Shown here one piece after another: positions 29,887 to 40,420 of a stretch of 64,000 nucleotides of DNA. The DNA is from Promethearchaeota archaeon (lineage in GTDB: Archaea; Asgardarchaeota; Lokiarchaeia; Sigyniarchaeales; SOKP01), in contig JAEOTP010000007.1 in assembly GCA_016839765.1 (NCBI GenBank), positions 64,001 through 128,000 on the forward strand. The letters run 5' to 3'. Position numbers and translations under genes: made by a program. How positions within the stretch are numbered: position 1 is the first letter of the stretch; each line of letters begins with the position of its first letter. The notes under the pieces were generated by a model, which was not told where the DNA came from, did no database searches, and saw nothing but the letters and a program-made list of their open reading frames with translations.

Positions 29887-30831
29887 ATGGATTTATTCAC
29901 TCATTTAGTATTTGGAGCATTAATGTACATACTCTTTTTAAAGGAGGTAACTTTTGATTATATCTTTCTAGCAATCTTTTTCTCAGTTTTACCCGATTTA
30001 GATATATTTATTACGCCTTTGAAAAGAATGTTTAAATCAAAATATCTTGACCATCGTGGAGGTTCCCATTCATATGTTATTGGTATATTAATATCCGTTA
30101 TTGGAGGGATTATATATTCTGCACTAACGCACCGATCATTTCTAATATCTTGGATTATAGGTATGGTCTTTTATGGTCTGCATGTATCTATGGACCTTCT
30201 TACTACTACGAAAATTCCTTATTTATATCCACTTTCTAAAAAAGAGTATAGTTTTTATGCCGAAAAGGCAGGGAGTTTATTCACAATGGTGAATTCAGTA
30301 ATTTTCCTTATTTTACTAGGTGTATTATATCACAATTCTGCAGATATACTTCTTTTCAGGTTACTCATTAACTTATATACTTCGTTTTTTATTATCTACT
30401 ACTTGTATCGAATTATCTCTAAAGTCTGGTTATCTTCAAAGCTTAAAAGTAATCAGAAATACCTTCCTGGAATTTTGCCTTTTTATTATACAATTTATAA
30501 TAATGAAATTGTTGAAAATGAAATCTCATTAAGCCTAGAAAGGAAATTTCATTTCTCAAAAACCAAGAAGATAGGTAACATTAATACTGTCTTAAATACT
30601 GAAGAAATGGTTCTTTTCAAAAAGGGGATGGAGTTATGTAAGACAAATTATTATTATGCAAAATGGACCGTGTTTCCAATCTTTATTAGAAATGAGGGGA
30701 TTTTTTCAATCAAATTTTTCTTTTTAGAAACGATGATGCGTAATAGAACTATGTATATACAGTTTGATTTTGGTATGCTTACTCAACAAGTAATTGGTTT
30801 TAATAGAGGTTCTGGACGTATCCAACCCTAG
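29887..30831 (+). CDS. Membrane-bound metal-dependent hydrolase (YdjM/DUF457-like)
   Basis: MDLFTH, PDLD, HRGGSHS, HVSMD motifs. Confidence 0.88.
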   Translation: MDLFTHLVFGALMYILFLKEVTFDYIFLAIFFSVLPDLDIFITPLKRMFKSKYLDHRGGSHSYVIGILISVIGGIIYSALTHRSFLISWIIGMVFYGLHVSMDLLTTTKIPYLYPLSKKEYSFYAEKAGSLFTMVNSVIFLILLGVLYHNSADILLFRLLINLYTSFFIIYYLYRIISKVWLSSKLKSNQKYLPGILPFYYTIYNNEIVENEISLSLERKFHFSKTKKIGNINTVLNTEEMVLFKKGMELCKTNYYYAKWTVFPIFIRNEGIFSIKFFFLETMMRNRTMYIQFDFGMLTQQVIGFNRGSGRIQP

Positions 30832-30890
30832 TGTTTTATTTTGAAAAAATTTACCCAATCTTCTACCAATTGCAATTGAATTATAATATT

Positions 30891-31298
30891 TTAATACTTA
30901 ATTATTTTAATATCTTCGATCTTTTCAAAATGTTTTACGTTTTTAGTGATGATTTTATTAATTCCATTACTGAGCATGATTCCTATAATTAAAACATCAT
31001 TATCATCAATTATTTGTCCCTTTGATTCTAATAAATCATAGATTTCTGCTGCTTTCTCTGCTTCTTTAAAACCTAATGGAAATACCTCCATTCCGCTTAT
31101 AAATTCCATCCAGCTTTTATATAACTCTTTATATCGTTGTTCTGAAATTCTTCTTCTAGTTCTTTCTAGACCAATACCAACTTCATAGATTGTTATGGAA
31201 GTTATATGAATTAAGTTTTCTTGCTCAAATAAAACTTTTTTAAGTTGTTTATTACCTTTTAGATAATCAATACATGTAGAAGTATCAAGAATTATCAC
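30891..31298 (-). CDS. vapC: VapC PIN-domain toxin
   Basis: IILDTS, ITIYE, D.LI, TKNVKHF motifs. Confidence 0.93.
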   Translation of the reverse strand: MIILDTSTCIDYLKGNKQLKKVLFEQENLIHITSITIYEVGIGLERTRRRISEQRYKELYKSWMEFISGMEVFPLGFKEAEKAAEIYDLLESKGQIIDDNDVLIIGIMLSNGINKIITKNVKHFEKIEDIKIIKY

Positions 31299-31534
31299 TT
31301 GAATTCACCGATATCTGATTTTTTCCATTTACGTCCAGAGCGGTTTAGTATATCTCCCCATATTTCTTTTAATTCTTGTTCATTTAATTTCCATGCTCCA
31401 AATGATTTTTCAAAGTTAACTTTTTGGACTTTTAATAATCTTAAGAATAATTCAGAGAAGCTTTCATTATCTCGTTTAACTTTCATTAATTTATTGTAAA
31501 CGTCCTCTGTAATACTAATATTTTTTGAAGTCAT
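31295..31534 (-). CDS. vapB: VapB-type antitoxin
   Basis: KNISITEDVYNKL..K..ESFSE..RLL, FGAW; 4-nt overlap with vapC; ATG 31534 preferred. Confidence 0.9.
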   Translation of the reverse strand: MTSKNISITEDVYNKLMKVKRDNESFSELFLRLLKVQKVNFEKSFGAWKLNEQELKEIWGDILNRSGRKWKKSDIGEFK

Positions 31535-31564
31535 ATGTATACACATATACATACGCGTATAAAA
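31534..31564 (-). promoter_or_regulatory. Putative vapBC promoter/operator
   Basis: Inverted repeat TATGTATA-CACA-TATACATA (31534-31553), palindrome ATACGCGTAT (31551-31560), TTTTATA box 24-30 nt upstream of the ATG. Confidence 0.55.
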
Positions 31565-31621
31565 TTTTTTCTATTCGTTTCTTAGTTTTTAATAACAATA
31601 AAAACCAAAAATTTCAGGCAT

Positions 31622-31771
31622 ATTAGGAGGATTTTTTCTGCAGGCTTACTTGGTAAAAAGAGTAATAACAGATTCTATGAACGCGGTGGAGTATAACTGC
31701 TATAGATGACATTATCTCGAAAGCTTTAATTAAAGAAATTAAAAAGTTTCCAGAAATCGATAATTTTCGGA
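31622..31771 (+). repeat. Degenerate direct copy of an internal nre segment (36001-36151), pseudogene fragment
   Basis: Manual alignment gives 14 differences over 151 nt including a 1-nt deletion; the last 69 nt have 1 mismatch. Confidence 0.95.
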
Positions 31772-31863
31772 CATGAATTGCATGATTATCCGCATACTCT
31801 GATGCTTAAATTCTCTTTCTTCATTCTTTTTTTACTTTCTCATCCCAAATAAATATTGGATTA

Positions 31864-33168
31864 TCAAATTATTGCTCTTTGAATTTTCTCTCTTGAGTTT
31901 GTTACATCCAATAGTTTGGAACAATTATCAATACTTAAAATATCTCCCCATTCATTTAATTGTTGAGAATTTTGATCTGAAACTCTTTTAGACTCAACTA
32001 AATCATGATATTCGGATTCTATTTTTATTATTGCGTTTTTATTAGCTCTACCATTCCTTCTCAAAATATTATATTTCGCAAGATTAACATCCGATTGACT
32101 GTTTATATAATCATTTTCTTCCAATGAATTATAAACGAAATAATTGTGCCATATCTTATGTTCAATTGGTGGAATAGTTAAAATTGATATTGTTTCACTT
32201 AACTCTCCGTATAGATTGTTTCTTAGATAATTTCCTACACTCTGCTCAAAGCCAAATAGAGAAATAAAAACAATTTGGGGATATATGTGATTATATCGCT
32301 TAAAATCTTTCTTATGCATTAAATGAGTAAAATTTTTTACTTCCTCTAATAACTTTAGCATCTGAATTAATCTTAATTGTGATTTTCTTTTATGGGCAAA
32401 AATAAAAGTAATTTTAAGATTGCCCGCTTCTTTTTTTACTTCATCTAAATTTTGTTTTTGGAAGTTATTATTAATTCTTTTAAAAGGCGTTCCTGAACTT
32501 TTTTCTTCTTCACTTATGATTAAATCAGCAATTCGCTGAGAATAAGCATTTTGTAAAGCAAAATCATAATTTCTAAATACTTTTAAAGAGTTATTTTTAA
32601 CTGTTATAAATTTATTCTCTAATAGATCAATATAGTGGTGATATATATCATGCCATGATTCCCAAGATCCGTCAATATCAACTAAAGAGAAATGATATTT
32701 TCTCAATCCATCATTATAATTATATCTCTCATGTAATGAATCTAACAACTTTATTAATATATCTTTTTCAATTTCAATCAATTGATTTTGGAAATATTTA
32801 TCTATTCTCTTAATTTTTAAATTAGCAAATACATAGTTATTCTCATGTTCTTTCCTATTTTTAATTAAATTATGTAAAGTCTTTCCTAATGGTTGTTTAG
32901 ATTTAATAGTATTCTTCGATGAATTATGATCCTTTAGGATTTGATTGTTATATAAAGCTAAAATAGAAAAAGAAGTTCGATTCTTTGATTTATTAATGGA
33001 ACTACGTATAATTACGGATTGATCATTTCTATTTGTACCTATGATTAATAAATTAAGGTCATCTGTATAAGAATTCTTATCAATTTCAAAGCTTTTATTA
33101 ATTATATTTTTTATGAGCGAAAAAACGTCATCTAGTCTAAATATTTTTTCAATTGTATGAACTCTCAT
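31864..33168 (-). CDS. Hypothetical protein with a possible restriction-endonuclease-like (Mrr_cat/PD-(D/E)xK) domain
   Basis: RIADLII...ITFIFAHK...IVFISLFGFEQSV.NYL...ISILT pattern; AGGTGA RBS. Confidence 0.5.
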   Translation of the reverse strand: MRVHTIEKIFRLDDVFSLIKNIINKSFEIDKNSYTDDLNLLIIGTNRNDQSVIIRSSINKSKNRTSFSILALYNNQILKDHNSSKNTIKSKQPLGKTLHNLIKNRKEHENNYVFANLKIKRIDKYFQNQLIEIEKDILIKLLDSLHERYNYNDGLRKYHFSLVDIDGSWESWHDIYHHYIDLLENKFITVKNNSLKVFRNYDFALQNAYSQRIADLIISEEEKSSGTPFKRINNNFQKQNLDEVKKEAGNLKITFIFAHKRKSQLRLIQMLKLLEEVKNFTHLMHKKDFKRYNHIYPQIVFISLFGFEQSVGNYLRNNLYGELSETISILTIPPIEHKIWHNYFVYNSLEENDYINSQSDVNLAKYNILRRNGRANKNAIIKIESEYHDLVESKRVSDQNSQQLNEWGDILSIDNCSKLLDVTNSREKIQRAII

Positions 33169-33343
33169 TTATTTTTCACCTATCTTTTAATTTTATTATT
33201 TTAAAGAAATTTTTTAAACAGTAAGGAGAGGAATGGGAGATTGGTCACACGATTATTTATACAAAAAGCTCCATTCCCTCAACTATTTGAAGATCTTCTA
33301 TTTAAATTATCAACTTACTGATAAACTCTTTTGCCCATTCTTC

Positions 33344-33595
33344 TTAATTATAAGAGAAAAAATAAATAGAATCTGCTAAATTAAATTCTTCAATCTTAAT
33401 ATCATTTATTATTCCTTTTTTGTATGCAAGAGATAAAGGTATCTTGACTACAAGTTTATATTCGTCCAAATATAAATTATTATAAAAAATTCTTTCATTT
33501 TTATTAAAATCAATAAATTTATTTACAAAATTATCTATAATTGGCTTTCTTTTAACATTTTTAAATCTAGTATACATCTTCTTATTTTTATTCAT
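33344..33595 (-). CDS. Small hypothetical protein
   Basis: 83-aa ORF, co-oriented with the 434-aa gene. Confidence 0.45.
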   Translation of the reverse strand: MNKNKKMYTRFKNVKRKPIIDNFVNKFIDFNKNERIFYNNLYLDEYKLVVKIPLSLAYKKGIINDIKIEEFNLADSIYFFSYN

Positions 33596-34019
33596 TGAAA
33601 CATCTCTAATTCAAGTTAAATTTCCTGTTATCTCAATTGCGACATACCTTCTTAAAAGAAACAAAATGACAGTTTTCTGTTTTCATTATCAAAATAATGA
33701 TAATGCTCTAAGAAATATGATTAAAAGAGTAAATCAGAAATTTCAAATTTTTAATAATTTTAAATTTCTTATATGTTTGAAGTAATAATATTTATAATAA
33801 TATTTAAATTTATCGCTAAATAGTTCTAAATTCTTAATGCTTTACAGAAATAAATTTTTATTTTACTAAAATTTTAGAGCTAAATCTCCTTTAACCCTTT
33901 CTCCCATAAATCCTCCCATTTGGCTAATAATTTCCTTTATTACTATTTTTAATAGTTTGGGACAACTTTTAAAAAGAAAAGTCACTTTTCACACTTTGTT
34001 ACATTGTTAGGTTTTATTA

Positions 34020-34976
34020 TTACGCCACAGTTAGTACTACATTTCCCTTTTTGTGCCCTTTATCGACATACCTGTGAGCCTCGGCAATTTGTTCCAAGGG
34101 ATAGCGTCTATCTATGGCCGATTTTATCTTTCCCGCTTCAATAAGCTCTTTGAGGAAGATTAGATCTTCAGTACTTTGCTTCATTATCCCCTTTTTAACT
34201 GTCACGTATGTCCCGTTCGGAGTTAGTGCTTTCTTGCAATTTGAAAATGAGTTTTTTCCAACGGCATCAAAAATAACATCATAGGTCTGACTGCTTTTGG
34301 TAAAATCCTCTTTAGTGTAATCAATTACCTTATCGGCTCCCAGGGATCTCACCAATTCTACATTCGTGGTACTGCATACCCCGATAACTTCTGCCCCAAA
34401 GTACTTGGCAAGCTGTACCGCAAACGTACCTACGCTTCCAGAAGCTCCATAGATGAGGACTTTTTGTCGGCTCTGAATATTTGCTTTATCTCTAAGATAA
34501 TGCAATGCGGTTAATCCCCCAATAAGAACGGCGGCTGCTTCCTCATGGGTCATGTTGACCGGTTTTATTGCCACCACGTTATTTCCAAGCATTTTATTTG
34601 TGGATGATGGTTCTTCAGGCAAGCACGCGTACTCGGCATAAGAACCAAAATCCAACCCGGTGGTAGTTCCAAAAATTTGGTCCCCTTTCTTAAATAGTGT
34701 TACGTCCTTGCCTATTGATTCAATTTCCCCGGCTAGCTCCGTCCCTAGAATGGTTCTTTTAGGTTTTCTGAGACCAAACCTTATTCGTGCGAAGAGCCGT
34801 ACCAAGGGAGAGAAATTTCTCATGCCATTTCGAAGAATTACGTCCGCTACTGTTACTGTTGTCGCATGTATTCTTATCAGTACTTCATTTTCCTTGGGAG
34901 TAGGTTTTTCTACTTCTTTGAGCTGAAGAACATCCGGAGGCCCGTATTTTGTGCATACAATCGCTTTCATTTTCAT
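34020..34976 (-). CDS. NAD(P)-dependent MDR-family (quinone oxidoreductase/ADH-like) protein
   Basis: [34 protein letters not shown] motifs; GC-richer. Confidence 0.93.
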   Translation of the reverse strand: MKMKAIVCTKYGPPDVLQLKEVEKPTPKENEVLIRIHATTVTVADVILRNGMRNFSPLVRLFARIRFGLRKPKRTILGTELAGEIESIGKDVTLFKKGDQIFGTTTGLDFGSYAEYACLPEEPSSTNKMLGNNVVAIKPVNMTHEEAAAVLIGGLTALHYLRDKANIQSRQKVLIYGASGSVGTFAVQLAKYFGAEVIGVCSTTNVELVRSLGADKVIDYTKEDFTKSSQTYDVIFDAVGKNSFSNCKKALTPNGTYVTVKKGIMKQSTEDLIFLKELIEAGKIKSAIDRRYPLEQIAEAHRYVDKGHKKGNVVLTVA

Positions 34977-35319
34977 ATATAATAAGAATAATCAGTAATT
35001 TATTATATCTTCCAAATCGAGCCCAAGATTAAATCTAACAAATTTGGAATGTAGATACAAAACTTTCATTAGATACTATTTGTTTTCACAAAACAGAGTT
35101 TTATAAATCATCCAGAGATTTAAATGAAGTTTTTATAATCTCGAATGTTAAGTATGATTTAATTTTAAAGATCAATAATATACATCAACAACACATACAT
35201 TCAATAAAAAATTTATATTAATTCTTTTATAAATATTAAAAATTTATACTCTTATAGCTTTTTAATAATTAGGATTATATATTAAAATTAAAATACACAA
35301 TATTCTAAGCGATAGAAGA

Positions 35320-36651
35320 TTGGTTCGACCTCTAACTGAAGGAAATATATGCCTCCGATGTAAAGGAGCGCGATTATTATGTGGTAAAAAAACGTGCCCT
35401 ATTCTTTTAAAGAAATCTGTATTAAAATCAATGGTACCATTCAAATTAGACTCAACTATCAGAGATGTAGAAATTTTTGGCGCCAGCCCTCCAGGAGTAT
35501 TTATAGGGCATTTTAATTATCCTAATGTTTACATCGGACCTTTAGTTCCCTTTCAAGAATTTGATTTGAAATTGAATATTTCGGATAATTTCATCCTTGA
35601 TGCACCAGAATTATGGTTTGGAAAAGAAATGGTTGATATTATTCGTTATAGGAGCAGTCTAGTACGCAATAATTTTAAAACAAATGTTCGAGTAGGTCGC
35701 ACAGGCAGAAAAAATACTCCCTCTATTAAAGTTCAAAAGTTATTAGATGCCTCCCAAGAATTAGCTATGGCGGCAAGACCCGTAGATACTGAAACAAAGC
35801 TAGGAAAAATGAATTTTAGAATGTTAATGGATAATCATGCTCCACCTATTGGACCCACTGGGATGACTGAAAAAATTGAAATCACAGAAAATGTAAAGGT
35901 ACATCCAAAAGTAGATTATTGTGTATCGGATACAGATTTGAAAGCTACTAATGCGGTTTCTGAGTACTTATACTTTGATGGTCATGTTCCAGAATCAACA
36001 ATTAGGAGGATTTTTTCTGCAGGATTACTTGGTCAAAAGAGCATTAGAAGACTTGTACCAACGCGTTGGAGCATAACTGCTGTAGATGACATTATCTCGA
36101 AAGCTTTAATTAAAGAAATTAAAAAATTTCCAGAAATCGATAATTTTCGGATTTTTGAATCAACCTATTTAGATAACCATTTCAAGATTCTTCTCTTTCC
36201 TGGTAAGTTTATGTATGAAATGAATGAAGTATGGGCTCCTAATACGCTATGGAATATAGCTCTCGATGGTAATACTCGGAGGTTAAAACCTCAAATAATG
36301 ACGGATTTTGAATTTTATCAAGGCAGAAAAAAATATGCGAGTAACATAACTGGTGCGTATTATGCTGCGCGAAAATCGATTTGTGAATATCTTTATAATA
36401 TTAAAAGGCAAGCAAGAGTATTAATATTCAGAGAAGTTTCTGGGGGATACGTTGTGCCTCTTGGCGTGTGGGTTATAAGAGAAACGTGTAGAAACGCTAT
36501 GTATACCACCGAACCAATCCTTCTGGATAATTTTAACGATGCTATTACCAAAATGGCTGAAGGGTTCATGGTGGATTTCAAATATTGGAAAAAGAGTAGT
36601 AAATTAATAAATTTCATCAAAAAACAGAGATCCATCTATGAATATTTATAA
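35320..36651 (+). CDS. nreA: Archaeal DNA repair protein Nre
   Basis: CLRCKGARLLCGKKTCP, SPPGVFIG, RRLVPTRWSITAVD, PLGVWVIRE, C-terminal PIP box QRSIYEYL. Confidence 0.93.
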   Translation: MVRPLTEGNICLRCKGARLLCGKKTCPILLKKSVLKSMVPFKLDSTIRDVEIFGASPPGVFIGHFNYPNVYIGPLVPFQEFDLKLNISDNFILDAPELWFGKEMVDIIRYRSSLVRNNFKTNVRVGRTGRKNTPSIKVQKLLDASQELAMAARPVDTETKLGKMNFRMLMDNHAPPIGPTGMTEKIEITENVKVHPKVDYCVSDTDLKATNAVSEYLYFDGHVPESTIRRIFSAGLLGQKSIRRLVPTRWSITAVDDIISKALIKEIKKFPEIDNFRIFESTYLDNHFKILLFPGKFMYEMNEVWAPNTLWNIALDGNTRRLKPQIMTDFEFYQGRKKYASNITGAYYAARKSICEYLYNIKRQARVLIFREVSGGYVVPLGVWVIRETCRNAMYTTEPILLDNFNDAITKMAEGFMVDFKYWKKSSKLINFIKKQRSIYEYL

Positions 36652-36740
36652 TATACTTCTTTTTTCTATTTAAACTAAATATTAAGTTTAATTTTTCCTA
36701 AGAAAGGAATTTTCCTATTTTTTATAGTTTTATTTATTAA

Positions 36741-37631
36741 ATGAACAGATGGTTTAACGTGATTTGGAAAACAAAAATAAATCAAATAACAAGTACAAAA
36801 TATCCTCTCATAATGGCTGCATTTGCTCGAATAAGTAGTATAGATTTTGCAGCAGCATTTTCTAATGTAGGAGGATTAGGGATAATTACAGCCTTAAATT
36901 TTAAAATTGACATTTTCAAGAAAGAATTACAAAGAATGCAATCATTAACAGATAAACCTTTTGGAGTTAATATTACTGTTGTTCCTCCTAAAGCAAGACT
37001 TGAGAGATATACTGAAGATGATTATCTAAAATATGTTGAAGTAGCACTCAACGAAGGAGTTAAAATATTTACCACTTCAGCGTATCAGGCATCTTTCATA
37101 GGAAAAAGAGTACATGAAGCAGGAGGTTATTGGTTTCACAAATGTTCTCTAATTAGGCATGCTATTTCAGCTGAAAGAGTTGGAGCAGACGCTATTACTT
37201 TAACTGGTCTAGAAGCTGCTGGTTTTAAAAATCCTTATCAACATTCTACATTAGTTAATATAACTGTAGCGAAAAGAATATTAAAAGTACCAATAATTGC
37301 TGCGGGAGGTATAGGAGATGCGCGTGGGTTTCTAGGAGCATTAGCTATGGGAGCAGATGCGATTTGTTTGGGGACTGCTATCTTGTTGACTAAAGAAAGT
37401 CCTCTCCCATTACATCTAAAGGATGACTGGTTAAATACAGATATTTTATTAGAAGATTATTACAAAAAACTGTATCATTTCTCTCTAAAAGGAACACGCG
37501 TACCCTCACCTGCTACAGCGTTTATCATTAATGAAGTTTCTTTAAAGGATTTTATTGAAAGTTTAATTGATAGGGCAGAAAAGATTTTAAGAACATGGGG
37601 TTTCACAAAAGAAGAATTTAACTGTATATAA
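36741..37631 (+). CDS. Nitronate monooxygenase/FabK-like FMN-dependent oxidoreductase
   Basis: GGLGII, TDKPFGVN, G.EAAG, IAAGGIGD.RG, ALAMGADA..GT motifs. Confidence 0.9.
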   Translation: MNRWFNVIWKTKINQITSTKYPLIMAAFARISSIDFAAAFSNVGGLGIITALNFKIDIFKKELQRMQSLTDKPFGVNITVVPPKARLERYTEDDYLKYVEVALNEGVKIFTTSAYQASFIGKRVHEAGGYWFHKCSLIRHAISAERVGADAITLTGLEAAGFKNPYQHSTLVNITVAKRILKVPIIAAGGIGDARGFLGALAMGADAICLGTAILLTKESPLPLHLKDDWLNTDILLEDYYKKLYHFSLKGTRVPSPATAFIINEVSLKDFIESLIDRAEKILRTWGFTKEEFNCI

Positions 37632-37762
37632 ACTTATTTCTGATTTTAAAATAATAGCTTAAAATCTTATTTACTATATTGAAAATATTTTTAAATTTAT
37701 TTTATTTAAAGAGAATATCATTAAATTTTATATGTTATCCATTTGGAATTAGAGGATAAATT

Positions 37763-38977
37763 ATGTCAAATAAATCTATAGTATATTGGGCCCCACCAAA
37801 TGAAATTAGTGCTATATCTTATGACAAGGAAAAAATGCTATCTAATAATTTAGTAAAAACGCGATTAATTTTGGATAAAATTTTAGATCATATTAATTCT
37901 GGAGATAAAGTAGGAGTAAAACTTCATTTTGGAGAAGCTCACAATACTCGTTATTTACGTCATGATTATATTCGCGAAGTTGTGGAAGCTATTAAATCAA
38001 AAGGAGGCATTCCCACACTTATAGAAACTCAAGGTTTAGGGATGTACATTCAGCAAATAAATATTTCTGAAAATTATTCGGTTTTTCTCGGACACCGGAA
38101 AACAAAAGCTGATCACGAAAAAATAGCACATCTTCATGGGTTTTCAGAGTCAATAATCGGAGCTCCAATAAAATTCATTGATGGTGAAAAAGGTATAGAA
38201 AGTAAAATTATAAAAATTGATGGAATTCATTTTAAAGAAGTTCACGTAGCGGCAGGTCTTTTTGAATATGATAAAATTGTAGTAGCATCTCACTTTAAGG
38301 GACATCCACAGGCTGCTTTTGGAGGGGCATTAAAACAGCTTGGAGTTGGTTGTATAACTAAACACCACAAATATGCACTTCATTTTATCGGTGATTTAAG
38401 TATAAATACAGAAATTTGTAATATATCTAAATGTTCTCAAGAATGTATTGAAGCATGTCCAGTAGGAGCAATAAAAATCGAGAATGAATCTGCAGTAATA
38501 GACAATTCTCTATGTGTGTATTGTACAGCTTGTTTAGAAAGTTGTCCTGTAAGAAAAGCAATAAATAGAACATTTAATACTAACGAGAGTGAATTTAACA
38601 TTATGGCAGAAAAAGTCATTGATAATGCCACAGCTGTTATTAATTCCTTTGGTCCTGAAAATATTCGGTTTATCAATTTTGCGTTTGATATACCTCTTAT
38701 GTGCGATTGTGTAGTTAACGCTAATATGCCTATAATACCTGATCTTGGTATCTTTGGTTCAAAAGACCCTGTAGCCATAGATAAGGCCTGTGTTGATGCT
38801 GAAATTAATGCCCCTGGACTTCCAATCTTGAATGAAGATGGTCAATGGACAGAACCACTTTCTATTGGGATTGAAAAAATTAACGCAATGAGTAATTATC
38901 TCGATACATCTTGGCAAATTGACGCAGCAATCAAAAATGGACTTGGATCTAAAGAATATGAGTTAGTAAAAATATAA
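37763..38977 (+). CDS. DUF362 Fe-S protein with ferredoxin insert
   Basis: KLHFGE, SHFKGH, GGALK, CxxxC..CP and CVYCTAC..CP, CDC, DPVAID motifs. Confidence 0.9.
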   Translation: MSNKSIVYWAPPNEISAISYDKEKMLSNNLVKTRLILDKILDHINSGDKVGVKLHFGEAHNTRYLRHDYIREVVEAIKSKGGIPTLIETQGLGMYIQQINISENYSVFLGHRKTKADHEKIAHLHGFSESIIGAPIKFIDGEKGIESKIIKIDGIHFKEVHVAAGLFEYDKIVVASHFKGHPQAAFGGALKQLGVGCITKHHKYALHFIGDLSINTEICNISKCSQECIEACPVGAIKIENESAVIDNSLCVYCTACLESCPVRKAINRTFNTNESEFNIMAEKVIDNATAVINSFGPENIRFINFAFDIPLMCDCVVNANMPIIPDLGIFGSKDPVAIDKACVDAEINAPGLPILNEDGQWTEPLSIGIEKINAMSNYLDTSWQIDAAIKNGLGSKEYELVKI

Positions 38978-39190
38978 AACTAATCCAATTTTTTTTAAAT
39001 TTTTTTTAATTCATTCTAAAATTTACAAATATTTTTGCTTCTATCTGTTCAATTTGTTTGATATAAATAGGTACCAATTTAGATAAAAGTTTAAAACTTT
39101 AAATGGAATCATCTCAAATATATCATTTAAATATTAAACAAAAATAATAAAAAATATTAAAAAAACATTTAATAATTTGGTGATGAATTT

Positions 39191-40411
39191 ATGGCTCTCG
39201 CGGGAGAAAAAGTAGGACTTCCTTCTGCTGACGAAGCTCCTATGATTGTTATGGCTCGATATAAACAGCCACTTGCAGGATTTCTATCAATTTTAATTGT
39301 TTTTATCATAAGTTGGATAACATGGTTAATATTTTTTGATCCTCGTTGGCATAACCCCATGCCATCATCGGATGTTCGTATGGAAGTAACAGCATGGGCA
39401 ACAGTTATTGGTGGTTTTGGATTAATTGGAGTAGTTTGGGCAATTTGGTTCGAAAATTGGCCTTATTATAACTGGTTTCGTACTCCTTGGAAAGTGGGGC
39501 TAGTAGGTACTGCTATTAATGCTGTAATCATTATTATTTTTACTTTTGTACTTCTACCCTTCTTTAATTCAATATATGGTAGTCAAATAACAGATCCATA
39601 CATAGCATGGTTTGTCGGGGCATCAATTTTTGGTGCTTTAAGTGGATCATGTTTTTCTTTTGGTGTTCTTTGGGTTGCTGGAACTATGTATTGGCCCTTT
39701 TTCAAAATAAAACAACCAAAGCGTGGAATTATCGTGTGGATTATTGGTACTGCTATAATGATACTTGTATGGTTTTTATTATTCTTTCCAGCGGGAAATC
39801 GAGTGGCTACTTCTGAGGCTTCAGCGGTACAACCTATTACCTTCTTTCCTAGTTATGCATTTTCACTTGGTTGGACGCAATGGATAATCTTTTTTTCACT
39901 TCTCACTCTAATGGTATTTGAATATTGGCCATGGAGCAAGTTAGGTAGAAAACAACCATTTATAGGGATGATTGCTTTTGGAGCTTGTGTATTATTAGGT
40001 TTATTGTTTAATTGGCTTGGACGTTATATTGCTCAATTTATTTTCGATCCTTTTTTTCAAGCAATTGGTGGAGTGCCTGTTGATGAGGTATCGCAATTAA
40101 AAGGGTGGTATATGATGCATATTACATATGCTATATTTCTTATATGTGCGGTTGTATTGGTATCATTGTTCTTTGACAATTGGCCAAAAAAATATTCACA
40201 GTGGAAGAATTTTCTTTTTCGATTTTTGCTGGTCATAGCTATTGGGACAGCGACTTTTCTAGCTTATTATCTTTTATCTCCAATTCTATTTGGAGACACC
40301 ACAAATTACTGGGAAATGAATCCTACTCCATTTGTCTTGTGGTTTCTTTGGATTGAAATATTGTTCGCTTATGTCTGGAGAAAATGGCCTATTTATAGAG
40401 CAGTAGGGTGA
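39191..40411 (+). CDS. Polytopic membrane protein with repeated WP motifs, putative permease
   Basis: About 10 TM; WLIFFDPR; ENWP, YWPF, YWPW, DNWP, KWP repeats; first gene of the operon. Confidence 0.65.
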   Translation: MALAGEKVGLPSADEAPMIVMARYKQPLAGFLSILIVFIISWITWLIFFDPRWHNPMPSSDVRMEVTAWATVIGGFGLIGVVWAIWFENWPYYNWFRTPWKVGLVGTAINAVIIIIFTFVLLPFFNSIYGSQITDPYIAWFVGASIFGALSGSCFSFGVLWVAGTMYWPFFKIKQPKRGIIVWIIGTAIMILVWFLLFFPAGNRVATSEASAVQPITFFPSYAFSLGWTQWIIFFSLLTLMVFEYWPWSKLGRKQPFIGMIAFGACVLLGLLFNWLGRYIAQFIFDPFFQAIGGVPVDEVSQLKGWYMMHITYAIFLICAVVLVSLFFDNWPKKYSQWKNFLFRFLLVIAIGTATFLAYYLLSPILFGDTTNYWEMNPTPFVLWFLWIEILFAYVWRKWPIYRAVG

Positions 40412-40420
40412 TTATGCAAT

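Noticed and set aside
31622-36151. Diversity-generating retroelement TR/VR pair
   Set aside because: Mismatches are not adenine-specific, there is an indel, and no reverse transcriptase is present
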